Program-made: the position numbers and the translations under genes
Shown here: positions 9,628 through 18,589 of the stretch, in pieces
How the letters are laid out: each line of letters starts with the position of its first letter
Position numbering within the stretch: the first letter of the stretch is position 1
Notes under the pieces: model-generated
Database searches by the model: none
Told to the model about the DNA's origin: nothing
The model's input: the letters and a program-made list of their open reading frames with translations, nothing else
Assembly: GCA_965279515.1 (NCBI GenBank)
Contig: CBDIID010000003.1
Coordinates: forward strand, 192,001 to 256,000
Origin: Turneriella sp.
GTDB lineage: Bacteria; Spirochaetota; Leptospiria; Turneriellales; Turneriellaceae
DNA length: 64,000 nt
Direction of reading: 5' to 3'

Positions 9628-12600
9628 ATGCGACTGGTACGTCTTTTTTCTGTCTTTTTACTCGCCTCTGCCACCAGCCTATCTGCTCTCGAAATCTTCG
9701 TCAACCGCTCTTATACATCCACTGAAAAGGCACAGGCAACCCTTTATGCTTCGGGCGAGGGCACGCTGTTTCTGCGGCTCTACCGTATCGACAACGTGCA
9801 CGATTACCTCTCTGGCCAGAACAATGCGCATACTGTCGTCGAGAAGAATGAACGCCTGATGCAGCCGGGTTATTTTCTCTGGCGCAGCGTGATCGAAAAT
9901 TTTGAATATTCGCTCTACCAGTTCGCACGCCGTTACATGCGCTCCGACTACCGTAACCGTTTGCGCACCGATCTCGGGCTCGAGAAGTACGCCTTCCCGT
10001 TCCGCGACCGCTTCCCTGAAACGAATCTCTTTGCTCCGCTGGCGTTGCCGATTGTCACCGAGGTGGCGATTCCTGTGCGTGCCCGCCACTGGCAGGCCTT
10101 GAAGCACCAGTTCGGCGACCTCAAGCCCGGCTACTACCTGATCGAAGCATCGCAGGGCCGCCACATCGCGCATTCGCCGTTGGTGGTCTCTGACCTGGCA
10201 ATGGTGGCAAAAACTTCGCCGTACAATGTGCTCATCTATGCGGTGAACCTGACAACGGGGCAACCTGTCGAAAGTGCGACGATCACGGCCTATGCGCGTG
10301 AAAAAGTTAACGAGGCGGAGGTCCATGTGCCGAAGCAGACCTTTGCCCTCAAAGACGGCATCGCCTTCAGTGAAAAAACCGGCTACCTAAAGGACTCACA
10401 GAACACGCTCTATGTGATTCAATCGGGAAAACATTTTGCCTTCTCTGATCTCTATGCGATGGATTCGGCAAAGAATTTATACGAAGCTGCGATCTATTCC
10501 GACCGCCCGGTTTACCGCATCGGCGACACCGTGCAGGTGCGCGCGGTGTTTGTGCGCAAGCAGGCCGCCGCGGCGCATGGCAAGGTCAGATACCAGATCA
10601 AGTCCGGCGACGAAGTGATCCATTCGGGCGAGGCGGATTTATCCCCGGCCGGAAGTCTCAGCTTCCCTTATAAGACGCAAGGCCTCAAGCCCGGTCGTTT
10701 TACGATCCATATGGAACTCGGCGGAGAGACGCATACGGGCAGCTTTCTGATCGAACAGTATAAAAAACCCGAAACCCGCGCGACGATGGTCACAGAAAAG
10801 GCGGTCATCCTGCGCGGCGAGAATGGTATGGCTGAAGTGACGGCGGCTTATTATTCGGGTGAGGCGCTGGCGAAAGCCCCGGTGGAAGTGACGATTGAGC
10901 GGCAGCGCATCAGCTATCCGTGGTGGTATGGTTTTGGCTACGATGAGTATTACGGCGATGCTGACGATTATGGCGGCTGGGAATTTGTCAAAGAATTTCA
11001 GGGCGAGCTCGATGCAAAAGGGAAATTGAAAATCCCGGTTTCGACGGACGGCAAAGACAACGAAGTGTTGCGCGAGGCCGATTTCACGTATCGTATCCGC
11101 GCGAGCGTCAAGGCACAGAACCGCGAAGAGACGCAGGCGAGCACGCGCTTCAAAGTCTACCGCGCGCCGGTAAGCCTCAGGCTTTCGCAGGAGCGCTGGT
11201 ATTTCACACCCACGACGCCGATCGCCTTCAAGGTACTCGCGACGTCGGTATTCGATTCCAAACCCGCGAAGACCGGGGTCAGCGCCGAACTCGTGTTCCG
11301 CCAGTATGATCCTAAGGGTCAGAAATACAATGATGTGCCGGTGACATCGCTGAATCTCGACACGAACGAAGCCGGCGAGGTTTCGGCGGAATTTCCCGCG
11401 CAAAAAAAAGGCGGAGTTTATTTTGTCAGGGTTTCAGCGACACAATCGGGCAGGGCGACGAGTGAAATGCTCGAGACCTATGTCTATGCCGGCAGTGAGT
11501 TTTACGGTGAGAGCGGCGAGACAATTGAACGTCCCGTGAGCATCAGCGCCAACAAGAAACAATATGAACTCTTTGAAACGGCTGAATTCGCCGTGCGCAT
11601 GCCCGTGCAGAAAAAGCTGCCGGTACTCGTGACGATTGAGAACGACCGCATCCGCAAGCATGTTCTGCTGAAAGACAGCGACCCGTCGTTTGTCCATAAG
11701 GAAGAACTCAAAAGCGACATCAGCCCCAATTTTGAAATCAGCGTGACGGCACTCGATTTTGATAAGAACCCGCGGTTCTATTCGGGGCAGGCACAGGTCG
11801 TGCTGCCACCGAAGCACCGCATCATGCGGCTCGAAGTGGTTTCAGACCGTGACCGTTACCGGCCGGGTGAAGAAGCGAATATCGTCGTCAAAGCCTTTGA
11901 CTACAAAAACAATCCGGTCAGCGCCGAATATTCCCTGGGCGTGGTCGATGAAGCCATCTATGCGATCCGGGAAGATTCGCTGAAATCGCTCCCCCTCGTT
12001 TTGAATCCCAAATTGCCATCTTCCGTGGTGACGCACAACTCGCTGGCATTCACCTTTTACGGCTATGGCACGGAAAAGAGTCTCTATGCTCTTTACCGCG
12101 AGCAGATGGCCGAGGCCGCTGCGCTCAGAAAAGGCGAGATGCAAAAGGTGAAGATCCGCAAGAATTTTAAGGATACCGCATATTTCACTGCAACCGGAAA
12201 AACAGGGCCTGACGGCATTGGTAAGTTACGCATTCCCCTGCCCGACAATCTCACCGAATGGCGCATCACGACGCATGCGCATTCAAGCGCCGGCCTCGCG
12301 GGCAGCGAGCGTACAAAACTCGTCGTGGCAAAAGATTTCGCGATGCGCCTCGCGCAGCCGCGTTTTTTGCGCGAGCGTGACGAAGCAAAACTCAGGCTCC
12401 TGGTTTCGAACCAGCTCAAGGAAAAACAAACCGCGACCTTTGAGACGACATTCACAGCGTTAAAACTCGATAAGGAAAAATTTCCGGCGAAGCTCGAAAT
12501 TCCAGCGGGCGAAGAACGTTATGTCGATTTCACGGTGACCGCCCCGTTTTACCCCGCCGACGGCAAGGCGACGCTGCAGTTTATCGCGCGCGCCGAGAAG

Positions 12601-14280
12601 GATAACGATGGCCTCGAAATGACGCTGCCGATTTTACCTTATGGCGTGGAGAATTTTGTCGCTGAGCAAAAGATTTTTGGCGACGACGAGAAGAACTGGA
12701 ATACCCGGCTTGCGCTCGACCGCGATGCCCGGCAGGAACTCGCCGAACTCACAGTGAGTTTTATTCCCGGGGTAGTGCCTTCGATTCTTGAAACACTACC
12801 TTATCTGATCCAGTATCCCTATGGCTGCGTCGAGCAGACACTCTCGACCTTCTTACCCGCGATCTGGGCATCGAAGGCGGCAGAGAAGCTGAAGCTGCCA
12901 TTGCCAGTGAAAACTGCGCAACTGAAAGACATCACCGATCAGGGGCTCAAAAAGCTCTATGGCTACCAGCACGGCGACGGCGGCTGGGGCTGGTGGTCGG
13001 ATGACCCGACGGATATCTATATGACCTCGTATACCCTCTGGGGTCTGAACGAAGCGGCGCTTGCCGGCATTGCGGTCGATAAAAAAGCAATGGCGCGCGG
13101 CGTGAAATATCTCACCGAACAACTGACGCTGCAGACCCTCAAAGATCTCAAAGACAGCTATACGATACACCGCCTGCTGTTTGCGCAGCTGGTCGGTGTC
13201 AACCTTGCGAAAAAATCGCCGGTGGCTGACAAAATCAAAACCGAATGGACGCAGCTTATCGAAAAAGGTTTTAACGAACCCGCGGGTCTGGCTTTAATCG
13301 TGCAGGGCGCTGCCCACGCGAAATGGAAAGATCTGCGCAATAGCGCGCTCACAAAGCTCGTTTCGCTCAAAAAGTCGAATGCGCAAGGCGCCTATTTCGA
13401 ACATCCGAATAAAAATGGCTATTATTGGTACAGCGACCGCGAAGAGACCACCGCGCAGGTTTTAAACGCGCTGCTCGCCGCCGACGTCAAACAGGCCAAT
13501 CTGTCGGAGCGCGAACTGGTCAGCTATCTTATCACGCAGAAAAAGCAACACCGCTGGCGTAGTACAAAACTCTCGGCCCTGATTACAAAAGCTTTCGCCG
13601 AATATGCCGCGAAGACGGGTGAAAAACTGAGCACGGTCAAAGTGGCGGCCGAGGTCGACGGCGCCCGCCGCGACACCGAATACAATCCTAAAAAACCCAA
13701 GGCAGGGGATCTGCAGCTGACGTTTAAGACCAACAGCCGCGATTTAAAGGTGAAGGTCAACCGCTCGGGTTCGGGTTTCTTTCTGGCGCGCGCCGAATGG
13801 AAACACTACCTCAACAAACCGCTGATCGTACCCCGCGAAGGCAGCTTCAAAGTGGCGCGCCGCTTCTTCGGCGTGAATAAAAATCAAAACCAGTATTCGA
13901 AGGGCGAAGCAAAATATCAGTTTAAGCCAGGCGAACTTGTCATGACAGAAATTGATCTCAAGGCCGACAAGGGCAGTGAGTACCTGCTGCTCGAAGACAT
14001 GATTCCTGCGGGCTTTGAGCAGCTAAACGCGAACGAGCTTGCCGACATGGGTGTGCTGCGCTATGACAATTATGCCAACAGCCCGGCGTCGGTGACCCGG
14101 CTCGACGACCGCGTGGGCCTGGCGAAGACGCAGATCGTGAAAGAAAATTTCACGCCGCGCTCGTTCTACCGCGCGGTTTTCCCGGGCAAATACCAGACGA
14201 TGCCGGCGCAGGGCGGCCTCATGTATTATCCCGAAACGTTTGCCTATTCAGCGTCGGATGTCATCACGATTAGCGAATGA
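9628..14280 (+). CDS. Bacterial alpha-2-macroglobulin with a thioester motif
   Basis: YSDRPVYRIGDTV (MG2), VVDEAIY, IRKNFKDTAYF, LPDNLTEWR, YPYGCVEQ (CxEQ at 12826-12837), QHGDGGWGWW, MYYPE. ATG 9628 follows AGGAAAT. Confidence 0.95.
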   Translation: MRLVRLFSVFLLASATSLSALEIFVNRSYTSTEKAQATLYASGEGTLFLRLYRIDNVHDYLSGQNNAHTVVEKNERLMQPGYFLWRSVIENFEYSLYQFARRYMRSDYRNRLRTDLGLEKYAFPFRDRFPETNLFAPLALPIVTEVAIPVRARHWQALKHQFGDLKPGYYLIEASQGRHIAHSPLVVSDLAMVAKTSPYNVLIYAVNLTTGQPVESATITAYAREKVNEAEVHVPKQTFALKDGIAFSEKTGYLKDSQNTLYVIQSGKHFAFSDLYAMDSAKNLYEAAIYSDRPVYRIGDTVQVRAVFVRKQAAAAHGKVRYQIKSGDEVIHSGEADLSPAGSLSFPYKTQGLKPGRFTIHMELGGETHTGSFLIEQYKKPETRATMVTEKAVILRGENGMAEVTAAYYSGEALAKAPVEVTIERQRISYPWWYGFGYDEYYGDADDYGGWEFVKEFQGELDAKGKLKIPVSTDGKDNEVLREADFTYRIRASVKAQNREETQASTRFKVYRAPVSLRLSQERWYFTPTTPIAFKVLATSVFDSKPAKTGVSAELVFRQYDPKGQKYNDVPVTSLNLDTNEAGEVSAEFPAQKKGGVYFVRVSATQSGRATSEMLETYVYAGSEFYGESGETIERPVSISANKKQYELFETAEFAVRMPVQKKLPVLVTIENDRIRKHVLLKDSDPSFVHKEELKSDISPNFEISVTALDFDKNPRFYSGQAQVVLPPKHRIMRLEVVSDRDRYRPGEEANIVVKAFDYKNNPVSAEYSLGVVDEAIYAIREDSLKSLPLVLNPKLPSSVVTHNSLAFTFYGYGTEKSLYALYREQMAEAAALRKGEMQKVKIRKNFKDTAYFTATGKTGPDGIGKLRIPLPDNLTEWRITTHAHSSAGLAGSERTKLVVAKDFAMRLAQPRFLRERDEAKLRLLVSNQLKEKQTATFETTFTALKLDKEKFPAKLEIPAGEERYVDFTVTAPFYPADGKATLQFIARAEKDNDGLEMTLPILPYGVENFVAEQKIFGDDEKNWNTRLALDRDARQELAELTVSFIPGVVPSILETLPYLIQYPYGCVEQTLSTFLPAIWASKAAEKLKLPLPVKTAQLKDITDQGLKKLYGYQHGDGGWGWWSDDPTDIYMTSYTLWGLNEAALAGIAVDKKAMARGVKYLTEQLTLQTLKDLKDSYTIHRLLFAQLVGVNLAKKSPVADKIKTEWTQLIEKGFNEPAGLALIVQGAAHAKWKDLRNSALTKLVSLKKSNAQGAYFEHPNKNGYYWYSDREETTAQVLNALLAADVKQANLSERELVSYLITQKKQHRWRSTKLSALITKAFAEYAAKTGEKLSTVKVAAEVDGARRDTEYNPKKPKAGDLQLTFKTNSRDLKVKVNRSGSGFFLARAEWKHYLNKPLIVPREGSFKVARRFFGVNKNQNQYSKGEAKYQFKPGELVMTEIDLKADKGSEYLLLEDMIPAGFEQLNANELADMGVLRYDNYANSPASVTRLDDRVGLAKTQIVKENFTPRSFYRAVFPGKYQTMPAQGGLMYYPETFAYSASDVITISE

Positions 14281-14666
14281 TTTTCAGAGGCGCGGGTTTA
14301 TTACTGGTCTTTGCGGTAAGTTTGTTTGCCGCTAAACCGCGGCTTTACCGCCTTGCTGTCGCGACGCCCGATGGCAAAATCAGCGAGCAGGTTTTGGATT
14401 TACTCGAGCGCGGTTTACCCGGCATCGGGATTTCGGTAGTCAAAAGCCGCGAGCGTTATGCACGTCAGCCGCACCTGCCGGTACCGGTCTGCGAGCGCGC
14501 CGAGTATTACCTGTTCTCGCCCGGTGAAGAACTTTTGGCCATCGGTTGTGTAGAGGATGCTTTTCCTGCCTTAATTATCCCTACAGTGACAAACGCCACC
14601 AAAAGCTATGAAGCCGAGGTTAAAGCGGGGAGAAATCCCACGGTGCTTGCGGGGCGGTTGCGTTGA
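14277..14666 (+). CDS. Small exported hypothetical protein coupled to the A2M gene
   Basis: ATGA overlap with the A2M stop; signal peptide MIFRGAGLLLVFAVSLFA. Confidence 0.6.
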   Translation: MIFRGAGLLLVFAVSLFAAKPRLYRLAVATPDGKISEQVLDLLERGLPGIGISVVKSRERYARQPHLPVPVCERAEYYLFSPGEELLAIGCVEDAFPALIIPTVTNATKSYEAEVKAGRNPTVLAGRLR

Positions 14667-14669
14667 ATT

Positions 14670-14698
14670 TTCTTGACAAATCAAGAAGATTCATGAAT
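14670..14698 (+). promoter_or_regulatory. Palindromic operator over the -35 of the antitoxin-doc promoter
   Basis: TTCTTGA-CAAA-TCAAGAA (contains TTGACA at 14673-14678), followed by the palindrome ATTCATGAAT; 8 nt before the antitoxin ATG. Confidence 0.6.
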
Positions 14699-14706
14699 TT
14701 TGTGGT

Positions 14707-14919
14707 ATGGCTACGGTCAAATTTGCGACCCTTTTAGAAAAACCTATTAAGGCCAAGCTCACGGCTTACGCGAAAGAATCGAATCAATCCATTTCAGGCA
14801 TTGTCAATGATGCGCTTGACTTGTATTTTAAGCAAAGAATGGTGCGCAGTAATTTCAGGGAAGCTGCCGAACTGGTCATATCGGAAAACCGCGAACTCTT
14901 AACACGGCTGGCAAAATAA
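14707..14919 (+). CDS. Antitoxin, ribbon-helix-helix-like, partner of Doc
   Basis: 70 aa upstream of doc; KFATLL strand followed by two helices; C-terminal ENRELLTRLAK typical of Doc-neutralising tails. Confidence 0.75.
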   Translation: MATVKFATLLEKPIKAKLTAYAKESNQSISGIVNDALDLYFKQRMVRSNFREAAELVISENRELLTRLAK

Positions 14920-14934
14920 GTTTTCACCAGCATA

Positions 14935-15312
14935 ATGCCCGATATTCAATACATCACCATTGAAGAGGCGTTGTTTCTTCATGAACGGTTGATTGCGGAG
15001 TTCGGCGGTTCACCGGGGCTGAGGGATCCGGGACTGCTCGATAGTGCATTACATCGGCCAAGGTCCGGCTATTACGCAACCCTATTCGATCAGGCTGCAG
15101 CACTCCTGCAGAGTCTCGCGCTGAATCATGCGTTTATAGACGGCAATAAACGCATGGCGATTGCTGTTCCTTTTGTCTTTTTGCGCATGAACGGTGTCCG
15201 CATCCATTGTAAGGCTGATGAGGGTGAGAAATTCCTCATTCGCAGCGTCATAGAAGGTAAAACTCCCGTCACGGACATAGCCAACTGGCTCAGAAATCAC
15301 GTGAAAGAGTAA
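14935..15312 (+). CDS. doc: Type II TA toxin, death-on-curing (Doc/Fic) family
   Basis: GLRDPGLLDSALHRP and NHAFIDGNKR (Doc-type Fic motif). Confidence 0.92.
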   Translation: MPDIQYITIEEALFLHERLIAEFGGSPGLRDPGLLDSALHRPRSGYYATLFDQAAALLQSLALNHAFIDGNKRMAIAVPFVFLRMNGVRIHCKADEGEKFLIRSVIEGKTPVTDIANWLRNHVKE

Positions 15313-15342
15313 TTCTATTGACAGCCTCCCCAGTACCAAAAC

Positions 15343-15358
15343 TGGTATGGAATTTGCA
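15343..15358 (+). promoter_or_regulatory. Putative sigma54 (-24/-12) promoter
   Basis: TGGTAT-GGAAT-TTGCA; GG 15344-45 and GC 15356-57 are exactly 10 nt apart; start codon at 15372. Confidence 0.6.
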
Positions 15359-15371
15359 TGAAGGATAGACC

Positions 15372-18300
15372 GTGATACGGGCTTCTCTGACCCATTTGAC
15401 CGAGTACGAGTACGATCGCCCGGTTTCCCTTTCGCCGCATGTGATTCGCCTGCGCCCGGCGCCGCACACCCGCACGCATATCGAGTCGTATTCGCTGACG
15501 GTGCTGCCTGAGAAACAGTTTATGAACTGGCAGCAAGACCCGTTCGCCAACTGGCAGGCGCGCTTGGTGTTTCCCGAGAAAGCCAGAAAGCTCAGTGTGC
15601 GCGTCGATCTTGTCGCACAGATCAAGGTTTTTAACCCCTTCGATTTTTTCGTCGAAGAATCGGCGTCGCGTTTCCCGTTCGAATACGACGAGGCGCTGAA
15701 GCTCGAGCTTGCACCCTATCTCAAGGCATCTGAAGAATCTCCTGAACTGGCGTCTTTTGTTGCCGCTTTCAGGGCAGAGGGAAAAAACACCGTCGATTTT
15801 CTGGTGGCGATCAACCAGTACGTGAAGAACGCTGTGGGTTATATTATTCGCCTCGAACCCGGTGTGCAAACGGCCGCCGAGACGCTGAACTTAAAATCCG
15901 GCTCATGCCGTGACAGTGCGTATCTGCTCGTGCAACTCGCGCGCCACCTGGGCCTCGCCGCCCGCTTTGTTTCAGGTTATCTGATACAGCTGAAAGCCGA
16001 CGCACCGGGCACGGGGGAGTTCAGAGGCCCCGAAAGCGATTTTACCGACCTGCATGCCTGGGCCGAGCTCTACATACCCGGCGCGGGTTGGGTAGGCCTC
16101 GATGCAACTTCGGGACTCTTTGCCGCCGAAGGGCATATACCGCTCGCAGCGACGCCGGAACCCACGAGCGCGGCGGCGATCTTCGGTTTCACCGAACCCT
16201 GCACTTCAAAACTGAATTTTAAAATGGAAGTCACGCGGCTCTCCGAAACGCCGCGCGTCACGAAACCTTATACAGAAGAGACCTGGGCCGAGATTCTAAA
16301 GCTTGGAGAGAAACTCGATAAGGAACTCGAAAAGTCCGGCATGAAACTTTCGATTGGCGGCGAGCCGACGTTTGTTTCGGCGACAGACCGTGAAAGCCGG
16401 CAATGGAATTTTGACGCGCTGGGCAAAGACAAGTACGATCTCGCGGAGAAATTGCTCGAGCGCCTCTATGGCATCTATTGTAAGGGCGGCATCATTCTGC
16501 GCTCGCAGGGCAAATGGTATCCCGGCGAGCCATTGCCGCGCTGGTCGATCGACGCCTTCTGGCGGCGTGACGGCAAGGCGTTATGGAATGACCTGACACT
16601 GTTGGGATTTTCAGACGATAAAAAGCCGGCCTACCATGGCGTCGCCGACGCCAAACGCTTCATCGAGGTGCTGGTAGAAAAGCTGTCATTGCCGCCCGAG
16701 TGTATCCACACCGCCTATGAAGATCCCGCACATTATGTGCATGCCGAGTCGAAACTGCCTGAAGAATTTACACGCGCCATCGAGGGCAATTCTTTCGAGG
16801 AAATTGAAAGGCGGCGGCTCTTAAAAATTCTCGATCAGGGTTTAGGCGAACCGGCGGGTTATGCATTGCCCTTAACCTTCAACAAGACGAGCAAGGTCTG
16901 GGAAAGCGCACTCATCAATTTCCGCCGCGGCTTTTTGAGCCTGTTGCAAGGTGATTCACCCCTAGGGCTCAGGTTGCCGCTGGCGTCGATCAGCGATGCC
17001 TTTGAGCCCGACTATGAATCGGATCCTTTTGAAAGAAAGCATGGCATCGAGCAGATCAAGGCGAAGGGCAGGGTGCGCAAGAAACCTGTGCGTACCTTTC
17101 TGTGCGTCGAAGCGCGTGCAGGCTACCTGTGTATTTTTTTACCGCCTTTAACAGGCCTCGATGAATTTATTGCCCTCATCAGCGAAGTCGAAGCGGCTGC
17201 GAAAGCGACGGGAGTGATTTTGCATCTCGAGGGTTATCCGCCGCCGAAAGATGAGAAGCTGAATTTTTTCCGCATCACACCCGACCCTGGCGTCATCGAA
17301 GTCAACATGTTCCCCTCGGCGACGATTGCGGAACTCACACGCAAGACGCAGGTCGTCTATGACGAGGCCGAAAAGATTGGCCTGACGACCGACCGCTATA
17401 TGCTCGATGGCCGGCCATCCGCAACGGGTGGCGGTAACCACATTACGGTAGGAGCGCTACATCCCGAAGACAGTCCGTTCCTGAGGCGCCCCGACCTGCT
17501 CGCGTCGCTGATTGCTTATTGGCAAAACCATCCCGCTCTCTCTTATCTCTTCAGCGGTCTTTTTATCGGACCGACCTCGCAGGCGCCGCGCATCGACGAG
17601 GCGCGTGACGGCAACCTCTATGAGGCAGAGATTGCACTCAAGGAATTGCGCCGCGTCACGAAGGATGCCATGCCGTGGCAGATCGACCGCATCTTGCGCA
17701 ACGTGCTCGTCGACATGACGGGGAACACGCACCGCGCAGAGATTTCGATCGATAAGCTGTATGCTCCCGGATCAACGACGGGTCGCCTGGGCCTCGTGGA
17801 GCTCCGCGGTTTTGAGATGCCGCCGCATGCGCGCATGAGCGTCACGCAGCAATACCTCGTCGCGGCGCTCATTCTCATGTTCTGGCGTGAGCCCTACAAG
17901 GCAAGGCTTATGCCGTGGGGAAATGCGCTGAAAGACAAGTGGCTTTTGCCATACTACCTGCAAAAAGATTTCCGCAGTATTCTCGACGACCTGAAAAAAT
18001 CGGGATTTGCTTTTGCCGATTACCATTTTTCGCCGTTTTACGAGTTCCGGTTCCCGCTCTATGGCAGGTATAAATTCGAAAAGATGGAGATCGAGCTGAG
18101 AATGGCGCTCGAACCCTGGAATGTGCTGGGTGAAGAAACCATGTCGGGTAACGTGTCACGCGCGGTCGATAGTTCGGTCGAGCGTGTGCAGCTCATGGCG
18201 AAAAACTTCGACGCCAACCGCTACATTATCGCCTGCAATGGTTATGAGACCGTAATGCAATTTGCGCCCGAAGAAAATGCCTATGTGGGGGGCGTGGTGT

Positions 18301-18584
18301 TCAAGGCCTGGTCGCCGCCATTTACCCTGCACCCGACGATTCCGGTGCATGCGCCGCTACAGTTTGCGATTTACGATAAAGTGAATAAAAAGTATGTCGG
18401 TGGCTGCAGCTACCATGTCGCGCACCCGGGGGGCAGGTCGTATGAAACGTTCCCGGTCAACGCCAACGAGGCCGAAAGCCGCCGTTTGTCGCGTTTTAAT
18501 GAGCAGGCCAAATATCCATCCCACCCGCCGGAGAAGCTCGGGCATGAGTCTTATGTTCATACGCTTGACTTGCGGTTAAGCTAA
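15372..18584 (+). CDS. Transglutaminase-like protein fused to DUF2126 (putative amidoligase)
   Basis: HLTEYEYDRPV...IRLRP N-domain; triad GSCRD / DLHAW / GLDATSG; GGEPTF, GKWYPGEPLPRW, TPDPGVIEVN, TGGGNH, GNTHRAEI, ELRGFEMPPH. Confidence 0.92.
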   Translation: MIRASLTHLTEYEYDRPVSLSPHVIRLRPAPHTRTHIESYSLTVLPEKQFMNWQQDPFANWQARLVFPEKARKLSVRVDLVAQIKVFNPFDFFVEESASRFPFEYDEALKLELAPYLKASEESPELASFVAAFRAEGKNTVDFLVAINQYVKNAVGYIIRLEPGVQTAAETLNLKSGSCRDSAYLLVQLARHLGLAARFVSGYLIQLKADAPGTGEFRGPESDFTDLHAWAELYIPGAGWVGLDATSGLFAAEGHIPLAATPEPTSAAAIFGFTEPCTSKLNFKMEVTRLSETPRVTKPYTEETWAEILKLGEKLDKELEKSGMKLSIGGEPTFVSATDRESRQWNFDALGKDKYDLAEKLLERLYGIYCKGGIILRSQGKWYPGEPLPRWSIDAFWRRDGKALWNDLTLLGFSDDKKPAYHGVADAKRFIEVLVEKLSLPPECIHTAYEDPAHYVHAESKLPEEFTRAIEGNSFEEIERRRLLKILDQGLGEPAGYALPLTFNKTSKVWESALINFRRGFLSLLQGDSPLGLRLPLASISDAFEPDYESDPFERKHGIEQIKAKGRVRKKPVRTFLCVEARAGYLCIFLPPLTGLDEFIALISEVEAAAKATGVILHLEGYPPPKDEKLNFFRITPDPGVIEVNMFPSATIAELTRKTQVVYDEAEKIGLTTDRYMLDGRPSATGGGNHITVGALHPEDSPFLRRPDLLASLIAYWQNHPALSYLFSGLFIGPTSQAPRIDEARDGNLYEAEIALKELRRVTKDAMPWQIDRILRNVLVDMTGNTHRAEISIDKLYAPGSTTGRLGLVELRGFEMPPHARMSVTQQYLVAALILMFWREPYKARLMPWGNALKDKWLLPYYLQKDFRSILDDLKKSGFAFADYHFSPFYEFRFPLYGRYKFEKMEIELRMALEPWNVLGEETMSGNVSRAVDSSVERVQLMAKNFDANRYIIACNGYETVMQFAPEENAYVGGVVFKAWSPPFTLHPTIPVHAPLQFAIYDKVNKKYVGGCSYHVAHPGGRSYETFPVNANEAESRRLSRFNEQAKYPSHPPEKLGHESYVHTLDLRLS

Positions 18585-18589
18585 CCGGA

